The notes beneath the pieces were generated by a model. The model searched no databases, was not told where the DNA came from, and saw only the letters and a list, made by a program, of their open reading frames with translations. 64,000 nt of DNA, taken from the IMG/VR virus record IMGVR_UViG_3300025141_000018; one strand, given 5' to 3'. Of this stretch, positions 54,304-63,018 are shown piece by piece (position 1 is the first letter of the stretch; each line of letters starts with the position of its first letter). A program made the translations under genes and the position numbers. The DNA comes from a virus (Duplodnaviria > Caudoviricetes).

Positions 54304-55317
54304 CTATTTTTTACAATTCTCTGCACATAACCTGTTTATTTTTGGTTTATCAAATGTACTTACAAGTTCATACATCTTTTTATGCTTTAGTACATCTTCT
54401 ACAGAATATTTGGTTAAATCGTTCCAATTACCATCTTCATTAAACCAATCATAAAACTCTTCATAATTATCTGAACTACAATAATATGTATTACAACATG
54501 GAAAAAATCGTTTATCTGATGATACATAAAACCAGCCATCTCTAGTACATTCAGGTTCTAGTTCTACTCTATCTATCCATAATTGTTTAGGCTGTTTATA
54601 TCCGGGTTTCCCATTCTGCAATCCTGAAACTTGTTTAAATTCTTTTACTAACTTAAAATTTGTTTTCCATAGTTTTTGCAACTTTTTTTCTGCTACTTCT
54701 TTTGTCATTAAATTAGAGTTTATTCTAAAATTTTTAAACCCTAAATCATCTGCCAATTTTTTTGCCTGTGTTATTTGATGTTCATTATGTTTAAACACAA
54801 TATATTTCCAACATGCCGCACCTCCGGCATTAATATATGCTTTTACATTATGCATTAATCGTTTCCAAGATACACCTGCACGATATAGATGATTTGTATC
54901 TTCTAAGCCATCTATTGAAAATATAATACCACTTCTACGAACTGTGAGTATTTCTGCTAATTCTTCAAACGTTTCAGTTTTACCTAATGAACCATTTGTA
55001 TGCATAGATAATTCTAAATCGCCACCATACTTCTTTGCCTCTCGATATATTTCAGCAATACCTGGGTGTGCCATTGGATCGCCATTATTACCAATTGAAT
55101 ATAATGATTCAACATCCTTAAACCAAGGTTGGTAAAAGAACTTTTCTTGTAAAAATTTTAAGTCTAAATTTAAATCCCTAACTCCAAACGGATTATAATA
55201 CATTACTCCGTTGTCGTCGTCTATATCGACTCTAGTACAACTAACACATTTTGCATTACAATTAGAACTTAGTTCTAGTTCTATACGTTTAGGAAAATAT
55301 ATCATTTTTATTACCAA
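54304..55317 (-). CDS. Radical SAM protein with SPASM/Twitch-like C-terminus
   Basis: CNAKCVSC; GNNGDP; TNGS; FSIDG; C...PCC...C. Confidence 0.9.
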   Translation of the reverse strand: MVIKMIYFPKRIELELSSNCNAKCVSCTRVDIDDDNGVMYYNPFGVRDLNLDLKFLQEKFFYQPWFKDVESLYSIGNNGDPMAHPGIAEIYREAKKYGGDLELSMHTNGSLGKTETFEELAEILTVRRSGIIFSIDGLEDTNHLYRAGVSWKRLMHNVKAYINAGGAACWKYIVFKHNEHQITQAKKLADDLGFKNFRINSNLMTKEVAEKKLQKLWKTNFKLVKEFKQVSGLQNGKPGYKQPKQLWIDRVELEPECTRDGWFYVSSDKRFFPCCNTYYCSSDNYEEFYDWFNEDGNWNDLTKYSVEDVLKHKKMYELVSTFDKPKINRLCAENCKK

Positions 55318-55913
55318 ATTAGTCTAGACACCCAGATAATTCTATTAAACTCATGTTTTTGTTTAGGCACCGAGTGGTGACTGATTTCGGAATTTACATA
55401 CGCAAAATAAGTTCCTGGTAAACATTTTATTTGCTTAACAGGTACTATTATAACACTACCAATTTCAATATTTTTTTGTTCTTTATGAAATATAGCACCT
55501 GTCTCTGGATATTGGTTAGTATCGGGTAGATAAAAGTGCTGAGTTATACTATGTATTACCCCATCTAATTTTAATTCTTTTTTATAATCATTATATGCAC
55601 TTTGATTATAATCTGTATGTATATCTAGTTGTCCACCTTTCTTTTGTAATTGAAAAACAGAAACAAACCTATGTTTTTTAGGAATATCAATTTTAAATGT
55701 GTTAAATAGATATTCTGCTTGTTCCTTTGTTTCAAACTCGGCAAGAATACGGCGATGCCATTTAGTATGTTCAGCATGATATATTTCAGGACATAAATCG
55801 GGCTGGGGATCTGGAATCCATTTAGATGAACTATATATTTTTTTACTGAGCTCTATTGGATTTTCAATAGCATTCTCTTGTATAATATGTAAAAAGGGTT
55901 CTGCAAATATCAT
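55311..55913 (-). CDS. 2OG-Fe(II) oxygenase
   Basis: LDIHTD (HxD), SHHSV distal His and terminal R. Confidence 0.8.
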   Translation of the reverse strand: MIFAEPFLHIIQENAIENPIELSKKIYSSSKWIPDPQPDLCPEIYHAEHTKWHRRILAEFETKEQAEYLFNTFKIDIPKKHRFVSVFQLQKKGGQLDIHTDYNQSAYNDYKKELKLDGVIHSITQHFYLPDTNQYPETGAIFHKEQKNIEIGSVIIVPVKQIKCLPGTYFAYVNSEISHHSVPKQKHEFNRIIWVSRLIW

Positions 55914-56149
55914 TAATTTAGTGTATACGACGGCATATCATTGCCTGATGCTTCGGGTGTTATTTCGCCCATTTTCATTATTACTGCATGTAATTCGTCA
56001 ACCATATCTTCGTCCTCAGGATAAAATAGTGCTTCTTGGGCATTAATAGATTGCAAATACTGTTTTGATTCAAGTAACTGATCGTGTTCAAACGTTATAC
56101 CATTAATAACTAACTTTCCATTTACTACTGTAATAATAGGATTATTCAT
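55913..56149 (-). CDS. Hypothetical protein
   Basis: 78 aa, coupled to both neighbours. Confidence 0.6.
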   Translation of the reverse strand: MNNPIITVVNGKLVINGITFEHDQLLESKQYLQSINAQEALFYPEDEDMVDELHAVIMKMGEITPEASGNDMPSYTLN

Positions 56150-57399
56150 TTTAAAGGAGGTGTGTAAAGTAGACCGCCATCTTTGTACAATTTATTGTAA
56201 CCTCGACTTAAGCCTAGTCGTGTGTCTTTGCCTAAATGTAATTCAAATATTTCTTTATAGTTTCCTACTTCAGTAATTATATCAACTGCAAAGGAGTCTT
56301 TAATACCTAATTTTGCACCAAGGTCTCCCCTTTCTCCCATAAAGATTTGGATTATAGGATCTCTATGACTACTAAAGTCATCAATATTAACTTGGTCTAT
56401 TCCTAATTCTTCTGCAAGAAATAATACATATATTGCCCATCTAGCAATATCCGAAAATTGTTGATCACCATATTTTACTGCCGGACCTAACGGCTCTTTT
56501 GAAATAACTTCTGGTAATATTACATGGGCATTAGGATTAGAAAATGTAGATTTTTTGCCTGCTAACGACGACCGATCTGTTCCGTACATATCACATTTGC
56601 CATCAATGTAAAAATCTGCCGGAGTTTGTCCTGCTTTTAATGGCACAGGAATAAAGTCTACATCCCAAAGTTCAAAGAAATCTTTAATATTTTGTGCGGC
56701 AGTTCCTGCGTCACTATAACATACCCTTGCACCGGTTAAGTCTTTAGCACTTTTGACACCTAAACTTCTACGTACAATAAAACCTTGTCCATCGTAATAT
56801 GTTGTAGGCATAAACTCAATACGCCATTCAACATCACGTGAAAATGTAAAAGTTGTTGTAGCGGCAATGATATCTATAGATCCGTCATATAATTTTTCGA
56901 ATCGAGTTTTGCCATTAACCTTGACTGTTTCCATTTGCCAGTCTTCACCTAAAACGGCAATAGCAACTGCCTTACAAATATCTATTTCAAACCCTTCCCA
57001 ATGATCACCTGCTTGGCGGTCACTAAAACCAGGAACATTATCATATGACCCACATAATAATTTTCCACGTTCACGAATACGTTCTACTGTTTGTCCGTAA
57101 CTTGGACTATATTCGTTACCTATTTGGTAAGGAGGGGGCTCGTGTTTGGCGTGTTTTTCTTTTAAAATTTCAAGTTGTTTTTTAGCGTCTTCGTATTTGT
57201 CTTTATAGTAATTTGTATTTGTAGCAGAGGGATGTCCACCAACACTAATGCCGTCTGCAACATCAGCCGGGTTTGCTACATTTGCAAGGAAACCTGGATC
57301 GATTGTAGTCGAAATAGCCTGCTTTGCTTCAGTAATGCCAAAGCCAGTAATTAACCAGAAACATATTCCTGCTAATATTTTCCCTACGGGTATCCACAT
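56146..57399 (-). CDS. aapJ: General L-amino-acid ABC transporter substrate-binding protein (AapJ/BztA family) with N-terminal extension
   Basis: RGKLLCG, GFEIDICKAVA, YDGQGF, ISKEPLGPAV, GNYKEIF and GGLLYTPP motifs. Confidence 0.92.
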   Translation of the reverse strand: MWIPVGKILAGICFWLITGFGITEAKQAISTTIDPGFLANVANPADVADGISVGGHPSATNTNYYKDKYEDAKKQLEILKEKHAKHEPPPYQIGNEYSPSYGQTVERIRERGKLLCGSYDNVPGFSDRQAGDHWEGFEIDICKAVAIAVLGEDWQMETVKVNGKTRFEKLYDGSIDIIAATTTFTFSRDVEWRIEFMPTTYYDGQGFIVRRSLGVKSAKDLTGARVCYSDAGTAAQNIKDFFELWDVDFIPVPLKAGQTPADFYIDGKCDMYGTDRSSLAGKKSTFSNPNAHVILPEVISKEPLGPAVKYGDQQFSDIARWAIYVLFLAEELGIDQVNIDDFSSHRDPIIQIFMGERGDLGAKLGIKDSFAVDIITEVGNYKEIFELHLGKDTRLGLSRGYNKLYKDGGLLYTPPLK

Positions 57400-57857
57400 T
57401 ATTTCAACGTCCTATATATTTCCATTAATTCTGTGTCGGCCATAGGAGTTGCCATAGTGAAATATTTTTGATGGCCAACAGACATAAATCCTTTTAAATC
57501 TGCGAAACTTGGATAAGTTGCTTGTAAACCTGAAATCAAATGATCAGGATCTAAATGACATCCTGCACATGCATTACCTTTTGACATAACTCTTGTTGCC
57601 GCTTTGTAACGCTCACTTTGTACTAATACTGAGTTTAGGTCTTTCTCAATCCAGTCAACTTTTTCTTGCAGATCAGGAATAACCATAAACACCATATAAG
57701 CCAAGAGGGCAATAATAACATAATCAAATGTTTTAATACCTTTAACTGCTTCAAAGGTATCAGATTCAATTTGCTTAATTGGTTCAAATTTCACTTCTTC
57801 TTCACCATTTGTCGTTACTGTTTGTTTTACAGTATCTTTTGTTTTTTGTTCTGCCAT
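57399..57857 (-). CDS. Membrane-anchored monohaem c-type cytochrome
   Basis: TM helix, coiled coil, CAGCH haem motif, candidate axial Met and C-terminal helix (PMADTELMEIYRTL). Confidence 0.75.
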   Translation of the reverse strand: MAEQKTKDTVKQTVTTNGEEEVKFEPIKQIESDTFEAVKGIKTFDYVIIALLAYMVFMVIPDLQEKVDWIEKDLNSVLVQSERYKAATRVMSKGNACAGCHLDPDHLISGLQATYPSFADLKGFMSVGHQKYFTMATPMADTELMEIYRTLK

Positions 57858-57874
57858 GTTACCTTAAACTAAGT

Positions 57875-58219
57875 TTACTTTGCTTTTCCGATTTGCGATA
57901 GTTTTTTAGTTATTTGTTGTTGAAACCATTTCAAAACTATAGGTATACTTACATTAGATGTTAATCCAAACAAATATCCAACCGGATACTTATAACTTGC
58001 GTATGATGCTAGTTGTGGTATATTTGAAAACACTATTGAAATGAGTAAGTAACCCGTTACCGCCATACCAAGGTTTATGAACCAATCAAAAATAATCAGG
58101 CCTGTATGTCCTGAATATTTGTCTTTATTATCTTGTCTATAATTAAATAAAAATATGAATGTTGATGAAAAGGTAACTACGCCCATCATCACTAATTCAT
58201 CTACTGCAAATAAATCCAT
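57875..58219 (-). CDS. Three-TM membrane protein with basic tail (holin-like topology)
   Basis: Three hydrophobic helices; C-terminal KKLSQIGKAK. Confidence 0.6.
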   Translation of the reverse strand: MDLFAVDELVMMGVVTFSSTFIFLFNYRQDNKDKYSGHTGLIIFDWFINLGMAVTGYLLISIVFSNIPQLASYASYKYPVGYLFGLTSNVSIPIVLKWFQQQITKKLSQIGKAK

Positions 58220-58244
58220 AAAACCTCTAACTATAACTGTACCA

Positions 58245-58265
58245 ATTGATTACAAATCAATTGCT
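58245..58265 (-). repeat. 21-bp exact copy of the tRNA-Thr anticodon arm (second copy at 59436-59456)
   Basis: ATTGATTACAAATCAATTGCT occurs at both positions. Confidence 0.85.
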
Positions 58266-58271
58266 TTGTAT

Positions 58272-58763
58272 TTAGTATTCAAAGTTATTGGTTGTTTCGT
58301 TTTCTTGCAATAAACGGGCGCCATTACGTAAATGAAATCGTTTTGCCATTTCAGTTCTAGGACTTAAAGTAACAAACCTGTCAACAATAGTTTCCCTTTC
58401 GGTTTTTAATTGTCTTGTAACATCAAAAATGATGTTTCTTCCGGCACCTTTTCGGTTAGACCATACAGTATAGAATATTGCATTTGGGCCAGAAACATCG
58501 GACTGTAATAATTCTTCTTCTGAGGTAGGAATATTATTTAAAAGGGATACACATAATACAGCATCTATTGATGAACGGTACTGCTCTTCTGTTGCATTAA
58601 AACAACAAAATTCTGTAATGTATATTCGGCGATTAGGGGGTTGGGTCCTCCACCAATAAGGTATATTTGGTCTTACTGGATCCTGCGTACATATGTCTTT
58701 TGCCTCTTCAAGAGTAGCCAATCTTAAATTCATAGTCGTATTTAAGTAAGCGTTTAGTGCCAT
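58272..58763 (-). CDS. Hypothetical protein, possibly a degenerate GNAT fold
   Basis: IFYTVWSNRKGAGRNII...VTLSP..EMAKRFHLRNGA resembles the acetyl-CoA-binding motif. Confidence 0.55.
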   Translation of the reverse strand: MALNAYLNTTMNLRLATLEEAKDICTQDPVRPNIPYWWRTQPPNRRIYITEFCCFNATEEQYRSSIDAVLCVSLLNNIPTSEEELLQSDVSGPNAIFYTVWSNRKGAGRNIIFDVTRQLKTERETIVDRFVTLSPRTEMAKRFHLRNGARLLQENETTNNFEY

Positions 58764-59002
58764 TTTACAATCCGGTAAAAGTGTGTGGCACTTTTTCTTA
58801 CTGTTCGAAAAAATGCCTTTGCTACCTTCTTATTGTCAAAATGTTTTTCGTGTCTAACAAAACCATCTTTCCATTTTACTACATAATGTTGAGGGGGGAT
58901 ATGAGCAAAGATATCATGCTCTATAATACCGAAGTTATCTACCCATGTATGTCTTGCATACCAACTTAAACGACGATATTGATGGTGCCTGAGTTCACGC
59001 AT
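58754..59002 (-). CDS. Small basic hypothetical protein
   Basis: 82 aa; GAGG SD. Confidence 0.55.
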   Translation of the reverse strand: MRELRHHQYRRLSWYARHTWVDNFGIIEHDIFAHIPPQHYVVKWKDGFVRHEKHFDNKKVAKAFFRTVRKSATHFYRIVKWH

Positions 59003-59086
59003 TTATCCTCTAATATAAGAAGTTTTTGGTTACTACTTATATTATTGCATGAACTATGCAAATCTTACATTTTTTTGGAATTTTTT

Positions 59087-59163
59087 TGGCGGTCCCAACG
59101 GGATTCGAACCCGTGTCGCCAGCGTGACAGGCTGGTGTCCTAGGCCGCCTAGACGATGGGACC
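59087..59163 (-). tRNA. tRNA-Asp(GTC) with encoded CCA
   Basis: GGTCCCA...CCAGC-CTGTCAC-GCTGG...GGTTCGAATCC...GGGACC-G-CCA cloverleaf. Confidence 0.97.
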
Positions 59164-59402
59164 GTTATATAAGGCATTGGTGTACCTAATTTGGAGCCAA
59201 TGCCTTATACGAAGAATAAAGTCCTTAGTTCGGGCCTCAGGGCGACCCCATCTATTGTGCCGGCTAAGGATTACGATATTCTGTCGGCGTGACGCTATCA
59301 CACCCCGCAAGGGTCGAAAAAACCTTATTCGTTGTAAGGGGAAACACCCTATCACGTTTCATTTTCATGCGTAGGATCATAGTGAGAGCCTACTGCATTC
59401 TT
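59164..59402. ncRNA. Candidate structured RNA between tRNA-Thr and tRNA-Asp
   Basis: Perfect 13-bp stem 59168-59180/59197-59209, stems at 59222-59270 and 59367-59398, and several small hairpins. Confidence 0.45.
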
Positions 59403-59478
59403 TGGAGCTGGTGACAGGAATTGAACCCGTGACCTATTGATTACAAATCAATTGCTCTACCGACTGAGCTACACCAGC
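59403..59478 (-). tRNA. tRNA-Thr(TGT) with encoded CCA
   Basis: GCTGGTG...ATTGA-TTTGTAA-TCAAT...GGTTCAATTCC...CACCAGC-T-CCA cloverleaf. Confidence 0.97.
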
Positions 59479-59480
59479 CG

Positions 59481-59807
59481 CTATTCAACACATCCTAATG
59501 TTTCGTATTTTATTTGCTTCCACGACTTTTTTTCTTCATTATATTTTAATCGTATCATGTTGCCGTGCTTATCACAGTGATGAGAATATATTGAATTTTG
59601 CATAGTAAAAAACCCAGCACTTGTTAATCCTTGTAATTTCTCTCTAGGCAAAAACTGTGAAGCAACTACCCACTTAGGTGGATATTCTTCTTCCATTGGA
59701 GCACATGCAATTACAAATAATACTCCGCTAATTATTAAGGTACTCTTCCAATTCGTTAAATTGACCAATGTACTTACCATCCATAATAATTTGTGGCAAT
59801 TTGCCAC
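59481..59807 (-). CDS. Putative lipoprotein; start uncertain
   Basis: LIISGVLFVIAC lipobox-like segment; two further Cys. Confidence 0.5.
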   Translation of the reverse strand: MANCHKLLWMVSTLVNLTNWKSTLIISGVLFVIACAPMEEEYPPKWVVASQFLPREKLQGLTSAGFFTMQNSIYSHHCDKHGNMIRLKYNEEKKSWKQIKYETLGCVE

Positions 59808-59970
59808 TCTTTGTTACACGAAATAATTCACCAAATAATTTTTTATCAGACTCAATTAGTGTATATGGTATTTCTTTTTCATCTAATAATTCTTTAGCCT
59901 TATCGCACCATTCACATTCTGGTACTTTCTTATGTTTTATTATTACGTTTCCTGTTATTTTTAAATCCAT
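59728..59970 (-). CDS. Glutaredoxin/NrdH-like redoxin
   Basis: CEWC active site and LPQIIMDGKYIG motif. Confidence 0.92.
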   Translation of the reverse strand: MDLKITGNVIIKHKKVPECEWCDKAKELLDEKEIPYTLIESDKKLFGELFRVTKSGKLPQIIMDGKYIGQFNELEEYLNN

Positions 59971-59987
59971 TACAATCTCTTTAAAGT

Positions 59988-60071
59988 TGGTGGGCAGGGG
60001 TGGAGTCGAACCACCACAGCATTAAGCGGCAGATTTACAGTCTGTTGAGCTCACCTATGCTCAGCCTCCCC
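59988..60071 (-). tRNA. tRNA-Tyr(GTA), long variable arm, encoded CCA
   Basis: CAGA-CTGTAAA-TCTG anticodon arm; GGTGG-TTCGACT-CCACC T arm; G4:G69 mismatch and C at position 8. Confidence 0.9.
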
Positions 60072-60122
60072 ATTACTATATAGTATATGATATTTACTAA
60101 TATATGTCGACCGAATTATGTA

Positions 60123-61127
60123 TTAAGTGAAATTGATATTGTGGATTGCATCCATTTTATCTGATTCGCATCCACAATTCTTTTTGCATAACATGTTAGG
60201 TTTAAATTTTATTAAATGATCTATTTTTTTAAATTTGTTGCCGTTAATTATATCATAAAACGAATGATGTTTAAGACTTATTTCATCTGATTGGCTTGAT
60301 GTTACTAATGATGCTAACCGTCGTACCCGCGGATCATCTTCTACCATATCGCCCCATAAATCACAACATGGATACACTTTTGAATCGCATCCAATAAAAT
60401 AATATTGCTCCCCGTCACTATTAAGATGTCTACATTCAACAGTTTTATAATGTTTAAAATGTGAGACATAATCAGTTTTAAAATCAACATGTGGTTTTGG
60501 TTTATATTCTTTTGGTATTTTAAAAATAGCAGTTCTTGATTCTCTTTCTGTTACTCTATTAGGATGGATAAAGAAGGATACAAATCCTAACCGTCTTGCA
60601 AGTTTTTCCATATTTCTATAATCACCCATATTTTTTTCAAAGAAAACTACTTTCCAAACTGCTTTTCCTCCGCTCTCAGTAAATGCTCTCATATTTCCAA
60701 TAATTTTTTCCCAATCAGTACCTCGACGATATATAGCATTACGATTTCCATATGCATCAACCGAAAAAAACATTTTTCGATTTTTTGTATTCAAATACTT
60801 TGCTAATTCTTTATAAAGTTTCTCGTGCTTTAATGATCCATTTGTTTTAAGTTCAACTTCAGCATTTTCAACTTGTGCGGCAGAAGTTATAAGTTTTAAA
60901 ATATTTGGATGAGCCATAGGATCACCATATGATCCTTGAAAATCAAATTTAATCTTAGGCTCTTTAATTGAACGACAAAGTTTATCAAACGCTTTAATAT
61001 CTAATATTTCTTTAGATAATACTGGAGCTCTATTATATATTTCTAAGCGACCTTGATCAAATGTAAACTTAGAACAAAAAGGACATTGTGCATTACAAAT
61101 TCCTGTTGTTTCTATTTCTAGTTCCAT
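60123..61127 (-). CDS. Radical SAM protein, paralogue of 54304-55317
   Basis: CNAQCPFC; GSYGDP; TNGS; FSVDA; C...PCC...C. Confidence 0.9.
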   Translation of the reverse strand: MELEIETTGICNAQCPFCSKFTFDQGRLEIYNRAPVLSKEILDIKAFDKLCRSIKEPKIKFDFQGSYGDPMAHPNILKLITSAAQVENAEVELKTNGSLKHEKLYKELAKYLNTKNRKMFFSVDAYGNRNAIYRRGTDWEKIIGNMRAFTESGGKAVWKVVFFEKNMGDYRNMEKLARRLGFVSFFIHPNRVTERESRTAIFKIPKEYKPKPHVDFKTDYVSHFKHYKTVECRHLNSDGEQYYFIGCDSKVYPCCDLWGDMVEDDPRVRRLASLVTSSQSDEISLKHHSFYDIINGNKFKKIDHLIKFKPNMLCKKNCGCESDKMDAIHNINFT

Positions 61128-61945
61128 ATTTCTTTTAACTTATTTGCAACAAATTTATGTACAACTTCGTTTTGATGTCCGCACGAACATGTTTCTGTGT
61201 CCCACGATTCTTTACTAAAATCATTAAAGTAAGATTTTTTAACACTTGTAAGTAAACTAGATGGAACATGTTGTTCTATAATAGATTGCCATCCTGGAAG
61301 TATATTACTTCTAAAATCGCCATGCCAACCAAAAAATATAAATTTACAATTATGTTTATCACATATTGCTTTCATCATACAAATTAATGCAAATTGATCT
61401 ACAACAAAACTTGTGCTAAAAATCCAATGTTTAGAAGCACCTTTTGCTAATCGTTCTGCTTCATCAGTGTATTCTTTAAGTCCTCGTTCCTCCATGTGTC
61501 CTCTAACACGTTTATTAATACTATTTGGAGAACCATAACCGGTATTCCACCATGAAGGAGCAATAGGAACATAAAATCCTGGTAAGTTATTATTCTCAAA
61601 AGGATAATCACCTGATTCGTATAACTCTCTTGTTACTAGTTTTTGATTATCTAGTTCTTCATGTAAATCTGTAATGTTTTTAGGAGAAGATAATCCATCA
61701 AAACTTATACTTGCCCTAGGACGGGTTGGATGATTTAGTTCAATTATTACTGTACTATTCGGTTTAATGTAATAGTCCAACATTATTGCTAATTCTTGAT
61801 TTGTAATAGCAATACATGATAAATTTTCTACATCTACATTTTTTTGTTCTGCAAGTACATATGGCCATGTTTTTTGTATGTCCATGGCTACGTAATCACC
61901 ACAACAACCAAACGTATTACTAGTACCAAATGCTTGTATTAACAT
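61118..61945 (-). CDS. SGNH-like hydrolase, degenerate
   Basis: AFGTSNTFG block I, ENLSCIAITN and C-terminal CGHQNEVVH. Confidence 0.55.
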   Translation of the reverse strand: MLIQAFGTSNTFGCCGDYVAMDIQKTWPYVLAEQKNVDVENLSCIAITNQELAIMLDYYIKPNSTVIIELNHPTRPRASISFDGLSSPKNITDLHEELDNQKLVTRELYESGDYPFENNNLPGFYVPIAPSWWNTGYGSPNSINKRVRGHMEERGLKEYTDEAERLAKGASKHWIFSTSFVVDQFALICMMKAICDKHNCKFIFFGWHGDFRSNILPGWQSIIEQHVPSSLLTSVKKSYFNDFSKESWDTETCSCGHQNEVVHKFVANKLKEIWN

Positions 61946-61967
61946 GATTCTTTAAGGGACAGGTTAC

Positions 61968-61980
61968 GATAAATATTTAT
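61968..61980. promoter_or_regulatory. Palindromic bidirectional late promoter (ATAAATATTTAT)
   Basis: Same 12-bp palindrome as at 23122, again directly followed by a plus-strand ATG. Confidence 0.65.
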
Positions 61981-63018
61981 ATGCCTAGATTAAGTTTATA
62001 TAAACCGACGAAAACGAACGATTACTATTTCATGGATAAAACCATCGCTGAGCAGTTTCTAATTGGTGGTACAGAAATACTTATCCACAAATATATTGGC
62101 GTTGAAGAAATACACGATGATGATCCTGTAATACAGAATCCTGGTGCGTTAGACAAAGCAACCAAAGAAACTATTATACAAGATTTGTTATTTTTAGAGA
62201 ATCGTGACAGAAAATACGACCAAGATATATATGATTTACGTGCGATTTATAATGTCGGCGATAACGACTTTGATTTAAGTCAGTTTGGTTTTTTTCTTAC
62301 TGCTGATGTATTATACATGAATTTTCATCTTAATACAATGGTAGATATTATGGGCAGAAAGATAATGCCCGGTGATGTATTTGAACTTCCTCATTTACGT
62401 GATGATTTATTGTTAGATGTTGATGCTAAAGCAATAAACAAATTTTATATTGTACAAGATGCTAACAGGGCATCTGAAGGCTTTTCACAAACATGGTATC
62501 CCCATATATGGCGTGTAAAATGTAGCCCACTGATAGATTCACAGGAATACAAAGATATATTAGGTACACACGACGACGATGATAGTCTTAAAAATATGCT
62601 TTCAACATATACAAAAGAAATCGAAATTAATGATGCAGTTGTAGCGGCGGCAGTAAAAGAAAACCCAGATAATGAACCGGCTAATAAACACCTAGCAAAT
62701 GCAACATATCCTGGTGAATGGAATGCAACAGATGATTGGGGTGAAGCAATATCCGAAGTTACCCAATTTCCTGCAAGTCCAGCAATGGGGGATATTGTTA
62801 TACGTTCTGATTTTTCACCAAAACGAATGTTTGAATTTACTGGACAAAAATGGCAACGAAGATTTGATAACGACGAAACTAATAAGTGGGAAAAATCAAC
62901 TTATCCGGCGTGGGATTTTACAAACAATCAAGAAGATCCAATCATCGATGGCGAAACTATTGAAGGGGCAGAAGGGCTTAGTCAAGCAATTAAACCTAAA
63001 GACACGGATCCAACATAA
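61981..63018 (+). CDS. Neck protein (T4 gp14-like)
   Basis: MPRLSLYK, IQDLLFLENRDRKY, DLSQFGFFL and GDVFELPHL pattern; precedes the gp15-like gene. Confidence 0.8.
   Translation: MPRLSLYKPTKTNDYYFMDKTIAEQFLIGGTEILIHKYIGVEEIHDDDPVIQNPGALDKATKETIIQDLLFLENRDRKYDQDIYDLRAIYNVGDNDFDLSQFGFFLTADVLYMNFHLNTMVDIMGRKIMPGDVFELPHLRDDLLLDVDAKAINKFYIVQDANRASEGFSQTWYPHIWRVKCSPLIDSQEYKDILGTHDDDDSLKNMLSTYTKEIEINDAVVAAAVKENPDNEPANKHLANATYPGEWNATDDWGEAISEVTQFPASPAMGDIVIRSDFSPKRMFEFTGQKWQRRFDNDETNKWEKSTYPAWDFTNNQEDPIIDGETIEGAEGLSQAIKPKDTDPT

Noticed and set aside
59149-59374. ORFs of 68 and 72 aa on both strands between the tRNAs
   Set aside because: They overlap tRNA-Asp or the structured spacer, have no SD and no protein-like composition.
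59211-59402. Hammerhead ribozyme, SRP RNA or c-di-GMP riboswitch in the inter-tRNA spacer
   Set aside because: The conserved cores (CUGAUGA/GAAA, the SRP helix 8 motif, GEMM tetraloop-receptor) were not matched on either strand by eye.
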